Below, piece by piece: positions 16,940-35,417 of a stretch of 64,000 nt of DNA. The DNA comes from the human T2T-CHM13v2.0 reference genome, Homo sapiens. The notes below the pieces were generated by a model, which saw only the letters and a program-made list of their open reading frames with translations, had not been told where the DNA came from and did not search any database. The DNA lies in NCBI RefSeq assembly GCF_009914755.1, contig NC_060947.1; one strand, 5' to 3'. The translations under genes were made by a program, and so were the position numbers. The first letter of the stretch is position 1. Each line of letters opens with the position of its first letter.

Positions 16940-17480
16940 GTGTTTGATAGATCAGTAGAGTGTCTACAGTGTATAGTAATCTATCATATATTTCTTTCTC
17001 TCTCTTGTTTTTTTTGTTTTTGTTTTTGTTTTTGTTTTTGAGGCAGGGTCTCACTCTTTCGCCCAGGCTGGGGTGCAGTCACGTGATCATGGCTCACTGC
17101 AGCGTTGATCCTCCCACTTCAGTCCCCCCAGTAGCATGCCACCATGCCTGGCTAATTTTTTGTATTTATTTATTTATTTATTGGTAGAGATGGGGTCTGT
17201 ACGTTGCCCAGACTGGTCTTGAACTCCCAGCCTCAAACAACCCTCCCGCCTAGGCATCCCAAAGTGTTGGGATTACAGGCTTAAGCCACAGCACCTGGCC
17301 ACATATATTTCAAAGTAGCTAGAAAAGAAGAATTTGAATGTTTCTAGCATAAAGACAAATATTTAGGTGATAGATACCCCAATTATATTGATTTGACCTT
17401 TACAAATTGTATGAATGTATTAAACTATCACATGTCCCCTGAAAATACGTACACATATTGTATATCAATGAAAAATAATT
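16940..17480 (+). mobile_element. L1MA-like 3' end, interrupted by a minus-strand Alu
   Basis: tagctagaaaagaagaatttgaatgtttctagcataaaga...aactatcacatgtcccctgaaaat. Confidence 0.75.
16995..17300 (-). mobile_element. AluJ-like with internal deletions
   Basis: Reverse Alu with (TTTTTG)n tail; TSD catatatttc at 16985-16994 and 17302-17311. Confidence 0.9.
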
Positions 17481-18069
17481 AGCAGAAAGCAGAAATAGAA
17501 TATTTCTAAAACAGAAAAATAAAACAAAACCCAGCTTTTAGGTTTATTAAGACTGATTTCATGGGTTACTATGAAATGATATTATGTAAACTAGCCAGCA
17601 TAGCACTTGAGATGTAGTGGAAGCTCAACAATGGTAGTGTAATATACTATTCTGCCACCTCCTTCTACAAAGCTGGCAGCATTCAGGAATCAGATACTAC
17701 CTTAGGGAAACTGACTGGTAACTCTTGGCTACATGTTCTGCTATATATTGGAAGTTGGTATCTCCCGAGATTCCGTTACTAACAATATCTGACTGAAACC
17801 AAGGAAACTGCTGCCTCACTCACAGAACTTCCCTTCCTCCATCACGAATTTCATCAGACTTAGACTGATATAATCAAGGCTATAAACAAAACCATTGGAG
17901 AACATGGATTGTTTGCCTTGCTTATGTGCTTGTGAGGTTTAATTAGTGAACTCTAGCTGGGTCTTTTGTGTTTGAAGTCACTACTCAAAATGCTAATGTG
18001 ATATACATGATTGAAAACACCAAGAGGAAATTAGAATCAGAAAAATTGGTGATAACCAAATTAAAGGGA

Positions 18070-18470
18070 GACCTGGTCAATTTCTGAAGCATGGCTCTTC
18101 CACTAACTTTACGTGGGTGCTCTTAGGCAAGTTGCAATTTCACTTAAGCTTCAGTTTCCTCATTTATAAAATGAAGATAATAGCTCCCACTTCACAGGCT
18201 TGTCATCTATTGTGTATCAATAATGAGGATTATGATAACTGACAATAATGCTAATAATAGCCAACATTTATCGAAGACTTACCACATACCAGACACGTGC
18301 TAAGTGCTTTAACAAATGTCATTCCCTATGAAGACGATATTCTTTTTATTTCTATTTCATGAATCAGAAAAATGAACTCATAAAGATAAAATGACTTCCC
18401 AACATCGCACAGTAAGGAAGTAGGTGGAGCCAGGCTTTACGATTGCATAGCCTGTGGTCTTAATATGCTG
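18070..18470. mobile_element. Two MIRs in opposite orientation just downstream of exon 3
   Basis: cttcagtttcctcatttataaaatgaagataat (about 18150) and the reverse core ttcatgaatcagaaaaatgaactca...gacttcccaa..tc.cacag (about 18360). Confidence 0.65.
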
Positions 18471-18533
18471 CCTAACTCTGTGAGGTCATTCAGTCCATCA
18501 TCACCCCTTCCCCACCTTCCAATTTTGTTCTCA

Positions 18534-19394
<861 letters not shown>

Positions 19395-22300
19395 CTATTG
19401 CTGTGGTGATTAAGGTCCCATTTGCGTTAAATAATTGACTCTCATTCATTTCTGGCATTGCCTCTACTCTTGCAGTTGTTTGCTCCTATAAATCAATTTT
19501 CCTTTCTGAACATGAAGTCCAGATTCTGATGTGCACATAAATTCTTAAACACACAAATTATATTTCAAATGACAAAAGCCAAGATTCAGTTAACATTTCG
19601 GCCTTTCATGAAAATATTGATTAAAAATTGGCTAAATGAGAAGTTATTTCTCTTTCTCACACTGATTTATTCAGTTAAAAAGAAATTGTATTTCAGGACA
19701 TTTCATTTTTAGACAGAGATAAATATTTGACAACAAACCATACATTGTATAAACTCACACAACAATTTAAGCCTGTTTAGCCCTGGAGGGGAGGCAAGTT
19801 CCTAGCCAAGAATAAAAGCTATCACGAATTTAATCATTTTGGTAGATTTTCTCCTGATAACTTTAAAGAGAGCTTTCTGACAGATTGCCAGACCTGGAAA
19901 TGGAATCTATCCAATGCATTTGTATCTGGGTGGAAAAATAATCCATGTGCTTATCTATCATTTGGTATTGAAAACAACACCTCTGGTATTTGCAAGCTGA
20001 ACATCCGGAGGGATAACTACTAAGCTTCCTTGCTAAGTTCAGCTTCCACATGGCTTGGAAGCCTTATCTGCTCTACAGAGACCACAAATTCATGATTACA
20101 TCTGCTGCCCCAACCCCTTTGCATAAAGCCCAATCAGTGTCATTGGTTTGAAAGAGAAAGTAGTAATGTCACCATCTCATTTTCTCCAAACTGAAACATC
20201 CCAGACCCAAATTATTTCAAATAATCAGAGTCTACATTTACATGAGGGAAGGAAAAACAACCACAATAGGCTTTTGAAGAAATAAGACAGAGTTTAAAAA
20301 CAAAAATAGCCAAGTTTCCTGAGACACTTAAAATTAACTTAGTCCTTCCTTCCATTTCCTTCCAAAGTGCAAAGGTCCATGACAGATGTACTCCAAATGA
20401 TGCCAGTTCATGAGCCTTGAAAAATCGAATTATTACCACTTTTAGACTACTAGAGAGACCATACTCCAACAGTTCCTTGGGATCACTTAGTCCAACATTT
20501 CAGTCATCTGTGGCAGAAGTGAGCTCTAGGTTGTGCTACCACCATCTGCCCCAGATCCCTCCCAGAGTAGAACATGCTCCCTAGATTCTTCCCTTGGGCT
20601 TATGACATGCCCAGCAATGTTGAACAATTGCCAGTGTAGTTCTATTGGGTTTCCAAGCTCACTTGAGAAAATAATGAGTTTAAAACAAAACTTAACTTCC
20701 TACAAAAGGTTTTTGAGTATATGTGTACTGAGGGCAGTGAGAGTGTAACAGTCTCTGAGGGACACTAGCTTGCACTGATTACTTTGCAGCTGTGTGTCCC
20801 TGGGGAAAAAAAATCTGCCTTTCTGTAAGTTGTTGAATGTTCACTTGGTTTTTTTGTTTGTTTGTTTGTTTGTTTGTTTAGAACATTAAGCAATTCCTAG
20901 AAAGTTGCTCTATCTTATAACAACTCTCCAAACTCCACATGCTACTTTAGTCTCAATCCTTGTTTTCTAAAAGCTGGATGAGGCCAAGAGATTATCTAGC
21001 CCAATACAGAGGACCAGTCAACAAATTCGTTAAAATCATCAGAAATTTGGAGATTTGAAACTATTCATTCATTTTAATTTCAGCTAGCAATCACTTGTTA
21101 TATATCAGACTCTGTACTAGGTGCTAGAGGCACATAAATGCTGGGTAGATGGAGATAAATGATAAACCATCCTTGTTTCAGAAGTATTCACAAGCTATAT
21201 GGTTTAGAGTTTACAAAATATTCTCAAGTATATTATGGCATCTACTTTTTACAACAATCTTTTAAGTTTGGTATTACAACTCCCATTTTATATGCGACAA
21301 AATTGAGGCTCAGTAGAGTTAAAGCATTTTCCCGTGGTCACACAGGAAAGTAGAAGCAATCAGCACAAACTAGTGTCTTCCATAACAGTTACACGCTTGC
21401 TGCCTTCGACCTACAGCCAATACATATAGTCTCAAAAACCTTTGCAGAAAGTACAGTTCTATTTTAAACTCATTATTTTCCCATTGGCTTCCCATCTTCA
21501 AATGGAAACATACTAGAAGAAATTGCAACCCAAAGACCAACAAAGCAGAGTCACACCTTTCACCTTTGCCTTTGTGCAGAATGAAGAGAAGGGAAAAGAC
21601 TGCTGTGGATATGCCACTCCTGTAGATCTCAATCATCCAAGCATCCCTAAAATGAATTCTATACAAGGCAAGCTTTATCTCAAGTACAGTGCATTCATTC
21701 TCCAATGTGCAAGATGTACAACAGCAAGATTCCATTGACTGTACTGTCATAACATTTTTAAAAGTTTCTGTTACTAGCACTCCTAAATCAATAGAAAAAG
21801 AAAATTATAAAAGATCATGAACTCTTCTGCAGAAAGAATAATCACAATGCATGTTGCAGGGGAAAAGGGCTAGGGGTTTACTTTGAACCTCAAGCTCATA
21901 TGTGCTCCCTGCTCCAACTTCCGCAGCTCAGAATCCACTTAGCACATCTCTGGGCTTTGCCCAACCCACTTACTTCTGTATCACAGGACAACAAACCAAG
22001 CCATAACTGGTCAACTAAAGGCTCCTGGGAGACTTATAGAAACCAACACTAGGCGAAAAGCAATGCTCAGCTTTTCTTGGCAACTTAAGGTTTCATGAAA
22101 TGAAATCAAGGGCTAGAATTACTGCAAAGAAGTTCAGCTCACTGATTTTTTTGGTCAGATAATAAGGTACACTTCAACTAGGGGAGGTTTCCCTCTGCCT
22201 CTTTCCTGGGAAGAAATCAAGGGTTATATCCAGGAAAAATTTGAACAAACAATGTAAAATCAGAGCTATCATGAACATTTTGGCATTGGATAGAAAATAT

Positions 22301-22404
22301 TCTAATTTTTTACAACATAAAGAAAAATAAGTGGTGCAGGCAAATAGACTTAATAAATTCGGGTTAATACATGTCCTAATATAGCAAGGTTTCTAGATAT
22401 CTAG

Positions 22405-22550
22405 ATGCCCCATTATCATTCTGGTCACCACCCTTTGGACATGCTCCAGTGTTGTCAATGTCCTCCTTAAATTATGGTGTTCAAAAAGGGATACAATTCT
22501 CCAGATGTGGCTTGATGGTGAAGTGTACAATCAGGGTATTACCTCTCTTT
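22405..22550 (-). mobile_element. CR1/L3 fragment
   Basis: ctttggacatgctccagt..gtcaatgtcctccttaaa..tggtg..ca...acaattctccagatgtgg. Confidence 0.55.
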
Positions 22551-23022
22551 AAATGGTTCAATAACTTCTACTACCCCCCAGGACATATAACCTATCACTG
22601 TAGCAAAATGACTGTCTTTAGTATTTGATACTGATGTTCCTGTATTCAGACTCAGACAGGAAGAAATGTGTTTTTATGGGCCTTTTCAGTAGTAGCTGGG
22701 TATTTAAAAAAAGGAGAATATACTTGTGTTTGGAAGAAGAGAGGAATAAATGAACCATGGAATCTCTTTCAAGCCCTTTAGGGTAAGGCAGTCCTTATAG
22801 AAGCAGGTTATTTTTTTTCAAGGCAATTTTTCCAGCACTGTAAGAATGGCAAATACTTAAGAACTTTTTATGTTCCTGGTATAAATGCCTCACAATGGGT
22901 TAGAATAAAAAATGGTCCTTGTTTTCAAGCTTAGGTACCTTAACGGAAGGAAGAAAAGTAATATTTATGAAGTAACTGCAAGGTACATGCCAGGATCTGT
23001 GGTAAAATTGGTCATATCACAT

Positions 23023-23853
23023 GAAGTTTCTGTTTATGTCCTTTGCACACTTTTATGCAGCCAAAACACATATGAAAAAATAGCTCAAGATTACTGATCA
23101 TTAGAGAAATGCAAATCAAAACCACAATGAGATACCATCTCACACCAGTCAGAATGGCAATTATTAAAAAGTCAAGAAACAACAGTTGCTGGTGAGGCTG
23201 TGGAGAAACAGGAAGGCATTTACACTGTTGGTGAGAATGTAAATAAGTTCAACCATTGTGGACGACAGTGTGGTGATTCCTCAAAGACCTAGGGGCAGAA
23301 ATACTATTTGACCCAGCAATCCTAATACTTGGTATACACCCAAAGGAATATAAATCATTCTATTATAAAGATACATGCACATGTATGTTCACTGCAGCAC
23401 TATTCACAAGAGCAAAGACATGGAATCAACCCAAATGGCCATCAGTGATAGAATGCATAAAGAAAATGTGGTACATACACATCTTGGAATACTATGCAGC
23501 CATAAAAATAAACAAGATCATGTCCTTTCCAGGAACATGAATGGAGCTGGAAGCTGTTATCCTCAGTAAATTAATGCAGGAACAGAAAACCTAACACCGC
23601 ATGTTCTCATTTGTAAGTGGGAATTGAACAATGAGAACACATGGACACATGGGGGTAAACAACACACACTGGGGCTTGTTGAGGCAGGGAGGGAGGGAGA
23701 ACATTAGGAAAAATAGCTAATGCATGCTGAGCTTAATACCTAGGTGATAGGTTGCTAAGCACAGTAAATCACCATGGCACACGTTTACCTATATAACAAA
23801 CCTACACATCCTTCACATGTACCCTGAAACTTAAAATAAAATTAAAAAATAAA
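23023..23853 (+). mobile_element. 5'-truncated older L1PA (L1PA12-14-like) with about 32-bp 5' inversion
   Basis: ORF2 end and 3'UTR (aatagctaatgcatgctg.gcttaatacctaggtgat); 23023-23054 is the reverse complement of aaaagtgtgcaaaggacataaacagaaacttc. Confidence 0.88.
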
Positions 23854-23861
23854 GAAAACTA

Positions 23862-26110
23862 GGGAAAAAATCAGTTAATGTAATCCATCACATCAACAGC
23901 CTAAATAAGAAAAATCATATGATCATATGAGTAAATGCAGGAAAAACATTTGCTGTTTTTCCTGCCAATATCCTACATCATTCATGATAAAATCTCTCAG
24001 CAAACTAGAAACAGAGGATAACTTTCTTCACTTGATAAAGAACGTCCACAAAAAATTTTACAGCTAGCATCATGCTTAACGGTGAGCAACTGCATGCTTT
24101 CCCCTTAACATCAGGAACTAGGCAAGAATGTCCCTATTTCAGCACTCCTATTCAACATTATACTTAAAGTACTAGCTACTGCAATGAGACAATAAAAGGA
24201 AATAAAAGGTGTACAGATTGGGAAAACTACAAAACTCTGGTAAAAGAAATAAAAAATATCTTAATAAATGAAGAGATACTCCATGTTTATGGATAGAAAG
24301 ACTCAATATTATTAAGTTTTCAATTCTTTCCAACATGATCTATAAATTCAATGAATCCCAATCAAAATCCCTGCAACTTATTTTGTGGACATCAATAGTA
24401 AAGTTTATATGGAAACATAAAAGACTCAAAATAGCTGTAACAGCACTGCAAAAGAACAAAGTTGGAGGACTGGCATGACCTGAATTCAAGAATTCCCATC
24501 AAGGTACAGTAATAAAGACAGCTTGGTATTGGTGAAAGAATTGAAAAACAGATCCATGGAACAAAATACAGAGCCCAGAAATAGACCCACACAAATACAA
24601 TAATCAACTGATCTTTGACAAAAGAGCAGAGACAATTCAATGGAGAAAGAATAATCTTTGCAACAAATAGTGCTGAAACAATTGGACATCCACATGCAAA
24701 AAATGAATCTAGATATAGACTTTTCACCTTTCATAAAATTAAGTCAAATATATCATAGACATAAACATAAAATGCAAAACTATAAAACTTATAGAATGTA
24801 AAGTGGGAGTTCTTGGTGACTGACCTTAAGTTTAGCAGTAAGTTTTTAGATATAACAGTAAAAGCACAATCTATGAAGTTGAAAATTGATTAGTCAGACT
24901 TATCAGGCACTAAGCAGAAAAACATCCATTCTGCAATGTTAAGAGAATGAAGAGTAAAGCATATGTCAAGAAAATGAAAAGACAAGCCACAGACTAAGAG
25001 AAAATATTTGCAAAACACATGTCTGATAAAGGCCTTGTATCCAAAACACTCAAAGAACACTTGCAATTCAACAGTAAGAAAACAACCCAATTAAAAAATG
25101 GGCAGAAGATCTGAACAGACATCTCACCAAAGAAGATATACAGATGGGGAAAAAAAACTAGAAAAAGATATTCAATATCATATGTTATTAGGGAACTGCA
25201 AATTAAAATAACAATGAGATACCATCACAAAGCCATTAGAATGGTTAAAATTCATAACACTAACAACAAATGATGGCAAAGAGGCAGAGCAACAGGCACT
25301 CTCATGCATTGCTGGAGGGAATGTTAATACAAATGGTACAGCCACTTTATAAAGCAGCTTGGCAGTTTCTTACAAAAGTAAACATACTCTTACCATGTGA
25401 TCCAGCAGCTGTGTCCCTTGGTGGTTACCCAATTTATTTGAAAACTCATGTCTACAGCAAAACCTAGTGCTTATAGCAGTTTTATTTATAATCACCAAAA
25501 CTGGAAGCAAACAAGATGTCCTTCAATAGGATAAATAAGCTGTGGTACATCTATACACTGGAATACTATTCAGTAATAAAAAGAAATGAGAGATTAAGAC
25601 ACAAACAGACATGAAGGAACTCTAAATGTCTATTGCTAAGTGAAAGAAGCTAGTCTGAAAGGCTACATACTATATGATTCCAACCATATGACATTCTGGA
25701 AAAGGCAAAACTATAGAGACACTAAAAAGATCAATGGTTGTCAGGGATTTGAGAGGGGAGAGAACATGGGAAAGTAAGTGAAGCATGGGATTTTAGGGTG
25801 GTGAAACTATACTGTATGATACTGTAATGAAAGATACAAGACATTATGCATTTGTAAAAAATTATAGAACCATGCAATACAAAGAATGAACCTTAATGTA
25901 AACATATGGGCTTTGGTTAATAATAATGTATCAATATTGGTTCATTAATCATAACAAATGTACCAAACTAATGCTAATAATGTTAATAATAGAATAAGTC
26001 CTGTGCAGGGAAGAGGGAGTACACAGAAACTCTGTACTAACTGCTCTATTTTTCTTTAAATCCAAAACTGTTCTAAACAAATAAGGTCTATTAATCTTTT
26101 AAATTTTTTT
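23862..26110 (+). mobile_element. L1MC-like ORF2 fragment + 3'UTR
   Basis: RT/C-terminal L1 motifs (ctattcaacattatact; aaatagacccacacaaata) and L1MC-type 3' end; aaaactag at both ends. Confidence 0.82.
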
Positions 26111-27418
26111 TTTTAAAAACTAGATCTTGGAAATTAGCCCTTGATGGAATTAGTGACTAGAACCACTGAAGAGTGTTAAATCACTCCCTCTTTTTCCCCC
26201 TCGATCTGCTTTGACATTTCTTTCATGATTTAGGGAGTTTTCACATACAATAGATGCCATATGGCATCAATGTAATTTTAATTGAAAAAAACCACTGGAA
26301 AAGGTTAATGGACCCAAACAGCCAAATAGGTAACACATTTCAATGTTATTTTTAAATACTAAATGATTTTTTAGAAATCAGCCACATAGAAACTGCAAGC
26401 TAAGAAAAGCCTCACATTTTAAAAACTAAATAATAGAGAAGACACTAAAAGTGTTGCTCCAATTTCTGTCAGATTTTTCTGGCATTTTATGTTTCACATT
26501 AATTTAACTAGAATGGACAAAGCTTAGAAATAAGTTGCTATTAAATATAAGCAATTTATTTGTGCAGATCCATGACCAGCCTGTAAATATATACAGTCTT
26601 GCTTTTTAAATTTCACACACTAGGCTTCTAAATACAATGTACATCAATGAGGAACAGAAGAATGAGTGAAAGAAAGAAGAAATATATGCTTTTCACAGGC
26701 TATTATATATATCATTTGATAGATAGATGGAGAGATAGATAGATACAGATATTTCCCTAAAGGCTATTATAGATCAGAGAGAACAATTAAAATAATTCAG
26801 TCAAAGGGTCCTCAGAAATGAGAAGTGAATAGCTCTAACTACTAGAAAATGTATGAGTCTGCAACAATTGACCAACTCATTAGCCCAACTAGCTCTTCTC
26901 GTTTACCCACCATTAGCTTTCCTGAACAACTAGTTTATTTTAACCTTCTGGACACCATAATTTGGGTAACTCATCATTTTTCCCTCTTCACATTTATTAC
27001 TAGAACGCTTAGGGCCAAATTTATGGTCTGCTTCTATCAAGCATAATAAACTTCATTATGTACTTTGTGTCATAATCTTACACCTGGCTCCATCTTACAT
27101 TCCCCTTTGCCTGATAGTTCCTATGTATTTCAGTTGCATTGCATCTTACATTTATTATGCACATATTTGTAGAGCACTTTAAATTCCTCTGGGGACAAAG
27201 TAGGATAAAAACAAATAGGTAGGTAAATAAATAAGGAGAAGGAGGGAGAGGAGCTATGCCTACCACTTAAAGAAAAAATACCATTTCAACAATGTTTTCT
27301 CACAAGTATGAGTAGCAACTATAGAAATGTTTATGTTTATAAATGGCAAACACCTTGTCAGGGACTCATTAGCAGTTCAACACTGTCTTCCCTAGCAGTG
27401 GTCAAAGCTCTTGGTTGA

Positions 27419-29559
<2,141 letters not shown>

Positions 29560-31989
29560 GCCCTTGGTTGAATCTATGTATATGACCCTTCCAAAATCTT
29601 CCAACTTTTTACTTTTTCCACATCTTAAAAATGTGAGTCAAATGTAACAATGTTAAAATTAGGGAGTTGCTAATAAGGCTACCTTCATCATCGCTCAGAA
29701 TGTGTCTGGTTTCACACTGGGTTCAGGAAAAAGACACCCTTGAAAAAGCAGGAAAGTAGCTAAACAGAACAGCGTAGGAGAATCCCACATGAAAACTTGT
29801 TTCTTAAATAGATAAAACTTTAAGAACAGTTTGTCTTGTAAAAGCCACTGGGGTTTAGAAACCCGTTTTACTGTGGACACACCAAGAATAACTCTGGATC
29901 TTGTAACAGAATCTTGGGGATCAGTATTTTTTGTGCTGTCATCTCGATGAGTTATTTCTGTTATAAGTCATGATCCTTAGCCTTTTTTCATTCTTCTCTG
30001 TCTCCCAGGATTTCATTTGGATCAGCTAATTCTTGGTTGATTGGAAAATAGTCTTACTTATTCAACATTCTCACGGCTAAGAAATGACACCTACGAAGAA
30101 GTATCAGGATCACACTCTTAGATTTTTTAGTTCATTCTTTACAAAAGAAAGCCTGATGGTACCCAAAGAAGTAAAGTTCTACTACAGTTCTTCCAATAAT
30201 CCACATACTGAGTAGTTAAAAGGCTCCCAGGACTCACCAAATCATTCTATTTAATTAAAAACTTTTCTTTTTTAAAAAAGGTCATTCTCCAAAGAGTTTA
30301 TGAGGAGAGGACATGGATTACTCCAAACAGCCATGCGAAGACTGGATTATATCTTAGCTAGACCAAAAAAAATCACTAACATATATTCTACATCTGGCTA
30401 TTGTTTTCTCAACTTGTGAATTTTTTAATAGCGTATCACCATAATTCCACAAATCAAGGCTAAGGAGTTTCTTCTCTCAAGCACTTACTGTTACTAACCA
30501 TAGCTTAGGAAAATAAAAATAGGCTTTTGAGTAAGTATTGAATGAAAGATTCTGCACCTTAAAAAAGGAATAGCTGCATTTAAAGGTTTAAATGCAAACA
30601 TTCTGGTAGTGCCTTTATCTAATAAAAAACCTGTATTTCTTTTCAATATCCTGTAGTCATTGAAAAGAAAGAGCCAAACATCTAGGGGACGTTTTGTGTT
30701 ATTATTAGGACAATTAATGTGTGCATTTTACATAGCCTTGCTCTTATATGCTCTTCTTTCCCTCTTAAACCACTCAGACACTAAATTAATATCCTAAGAA
30801 AGGTCAATTGCCAGTAGTGTATGCAACCATTGTTGTTGAGAGCACTGTGTCTGTAACTGTTATTAAAGATTTCCATAGCACTTTTTATTTCTGCAAGTGC
30901 TTTACAGCCAAATCTTCAGTGATTACAAAAGCAACAGACTCCTCTTACCCGTTGTTATTGGAAGGTGCATTCCAGCCCTCCTTTCCATCATTAATGAGAA
31001 GTATCATATCTGAATTGGCTTAACATTTATACACATACCCCCTCCCAAAGCCTTAGTCATTCATATACTTAACAAGTACTAACTGAGCACTCATTGTAAC
31101 AATTTTCTTTTGACTCTTTACAGATAGAGATCCATAAGACTCACTGCCTACTCTCTTGTTAATGATAAGGTAGATCTGAGATAAGCAATCCCAAGCCCCA
31201 AAGGCTTGGGCTATTGCTTCCCTTGGTGACTCATACCACAGTCTCTAAAGATGTGTCCAATACAAATTTCAACTTGTTTGGGACCTAAATTATCATAGGC
31301 CCCTGACATTAGGTAAAGTCAGCAACATTAACCACTTGCTGAAAAACTACTTAAAGACCATTTTTGAGGCATCTTTGCTGTCTCATTAGATTGACTGCAC
31401 TTGTGTAAATACATTTTTTCCATTTAATATTTACTGAGTGTACACTCTCTGCTAGACTGTGAATAAAATATGCAAACAACTTATCCCTGGGTCCTAAAGG
31501 CTTGCAATAGCCAGCTATAGCCAGCTGTGATAAATACAAGATGGCCTATCTCATTTGAAAACCATAAAATACCATATAGTTATAAAAGTATTAATCTATT
31601 TTGTTCTGGGACTCTTTTATAGCTTAAGTATACATAGTATACATGGCAACAGATCACCATATCTGCAAAATGCCTCATGTAATTTCAGATTTTAAAAATC
31701 TGTGTTCTAACTTAATTTTCTCTTTCTCTATCATTGAATGTGAGCATGTGTGTATGTGTACTCGTGCATGCATGTGTTTGAACAGTCGCTAAGGGAAACA
31801 TTATTATCCCAATTTCACAGACGAGGTAACCGAAACTAAGACTGGCTCCAAATCATATAGCTATGTAGTAGATGGTGGCAGCAATGAAACACAGAACTCC
31901 TATTTGTCCAATATTTTTTCCATTATGTCCATCTTCTTCAAGGGCAAATATTGCAGAGCACTTCAAGATTAGCTTTAGGTATAATAAGA

Positions 31990-32240
31990 ACTAGCATCCT
32001 TGGAGCATTTACCATCTGCCAGGCAGTGTTTCAAGCGTTTTATGTGAATTAATTTATGTAATTATCAGAACCACCCTGTGAGGTGAGTATAGTATTGTTT
32101 TCATTTTACAGATAAGAAAACTGAGGCACAGAGAAGTAACTTAGAAAACTTATACAGACAGTAAGTAGAACAGCCAAGATTTGAATATAAGCAGTTTGAA
32201 TCCAGAGCTTACCTACTAAATTACTATGTCACAATGCTTC
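31990..32240 (-). mobile_element. MIR
   Basis: cattttacagataagaaaactgaggcacagagaagt. Confidence 0.75.
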
Positions 32241-33679
32241 CAGATATAGGTAGTTTGTCTATTTTTCTTTTTTCTTTTCCTTTTGGTTTGACTCTAAGTA
32301 AACTTAATACCTCAGCTGTTTGGCTACACTGGGTCTACTAAATATTTCAGGAAAATAACTCTACAACTTGGGTAAGATGTGATGAACTATGCAAAAATCT
32401 GAATGATTCCAACTACTTACCAACAACAATAATTCCCCAGAAATGCATTACCTGTGTTGCCTTAGAGTCATGATGAAATGGAAATTATAAGAAAATAAGT
32501 GAAAAAGGTCAATATTGTGCATTTCCTAGGGATTACTGATACAGGTATGAAATCTCAGAGCTCTCAACTCTAACCATAAAACTCTGCTATTTAATTGGAA
32601 AGCTAGCCTTTGCAAAAAGGCCAGGCTCTCCCTTGAGTCGCAGTTCGTTCAAAGGGCTACTGGCAGAAACAAGGCTCAAGGGCCAAGATCTTGACAGTTT
32701 CTTAGGACTCAGTTTCCTGCAGGGTATTCCAACACATGAAACACAGGGAGGATGAAGGCCAGGGGACTCTTGAAGGCTGGCATAGTTAACTCAGGGGAAG
32801 AGAGCTGCTCAGGTGTACTCAATGGGCTCCGGAAGCAGGCGAAGACTTAACAGGAAGGTAACCACCACCACAGGGACTCCAGCCAAATTCAATGGCAGGT
32901 GGGCAGGGGTGGCACACAAGCAAAGTTCAACCATGCAGCTTTCCCCTGAGCCTGCCCAAAAGAAGGAATGTTTCACCTTCAGCCAACTGCTCTTATATTC
33001 TATAAACATTATAAAATGATTTTTGCATCCACATTAGAACTGAGTTGTATGTACGTGTGTGTTAGGGAGTCTGTGTGAGAGAATAGGGTGGCGGGGTGGG
33101 GGGGTAAATCTCCAGGATTAAGGTTATAACCTGACAAAATAAGTCAGCTGGTAGGAAAATAGCCGTGTTGCTCTAATGAAGTTCTTAGTCTAGCTGGGCA
33201 CGTTAGTCTCTGTTTCCCCCAGTTGTCTTACAAGGCCATCGAGGCACTAAAGCAACCATGTAATTTATCATTATTTGATTGCTGAGGAGTTTGATAAATT
33301 CTGGATGCATCTCCAAAAGTCTCTAATGCCTATACGCAGAGGGGGAAGAGTTTCACAATTTACTGAGCATCGAGCGCCTAAAGTAAAGAATTCACTCTCC
33401 AGGAAGAGCTCGAGAGTAAGTAAAGATTGACTCCATGGACCTTTTCATGAAGCAAAACTTTTCTCCTTTTTCCAGCAGGTCTTTGCAACCTCTTTTTGAC
33501 ATTGCCTTTGCTTAAAAAGAAAATTATTGTCATGTATCCAAAACTAGAGTATATACATACCTGAACACTACCTATGATGACTCTCCTCCTTCATACCCCA
33601 CTGTACCCCCTTCTCCCCTCCTTAATTTTTGGATAAAGAGCCAGTACTACTGACATCTAAAATGGAGGGAGGCAGTAGA

Positions 33680-34705
<1,026 letters not shown>

Positions 34706-35124
34706 ATATACTATAATACCAGTGTGATCTAGAAGGCAGGTCATCTAATCTATGTAGGCCTAAATAAAATATTACTTGGTACCTATTTGCACCAAACCAG
34801 CTAAATTCTGAGGCTTAGCTACCACCTTAGTTCTGGTCTACAGCAGTTGTTAGGGACTTCAGCAACTATCTGAAGAGCCTAAAAGCCTAGTGCAAAGTCG
34901 AAGAAATGAATTAGAGAAACATCTTTTTTATTCAAAGCTTAACTGGATTTGTTTTTAAAAGGGACATTATATATAAAGGACATACAAATAACAGTTCTGT
35001 ATACGAAATGCCAGATACCCTGCATGTAAGAGCATACATGCAGGGTGCCTGGCTTAAGAAATCTTTCTGCATAAAGCAGTGACTCAGCCACAAGAGCTGC
35101 CTGTATTGTACTATAAAACAATCA

Positions 35125-35417
<293 letters not shown>

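Noticed and set aside
20366-20378. DR1/HNF4-like motif AGTGCAAAGGTCC about 1 kb upstream of exon 3
   Set aside because: A single degenerate motif is expected by chance in 64 kb; no supporting context.
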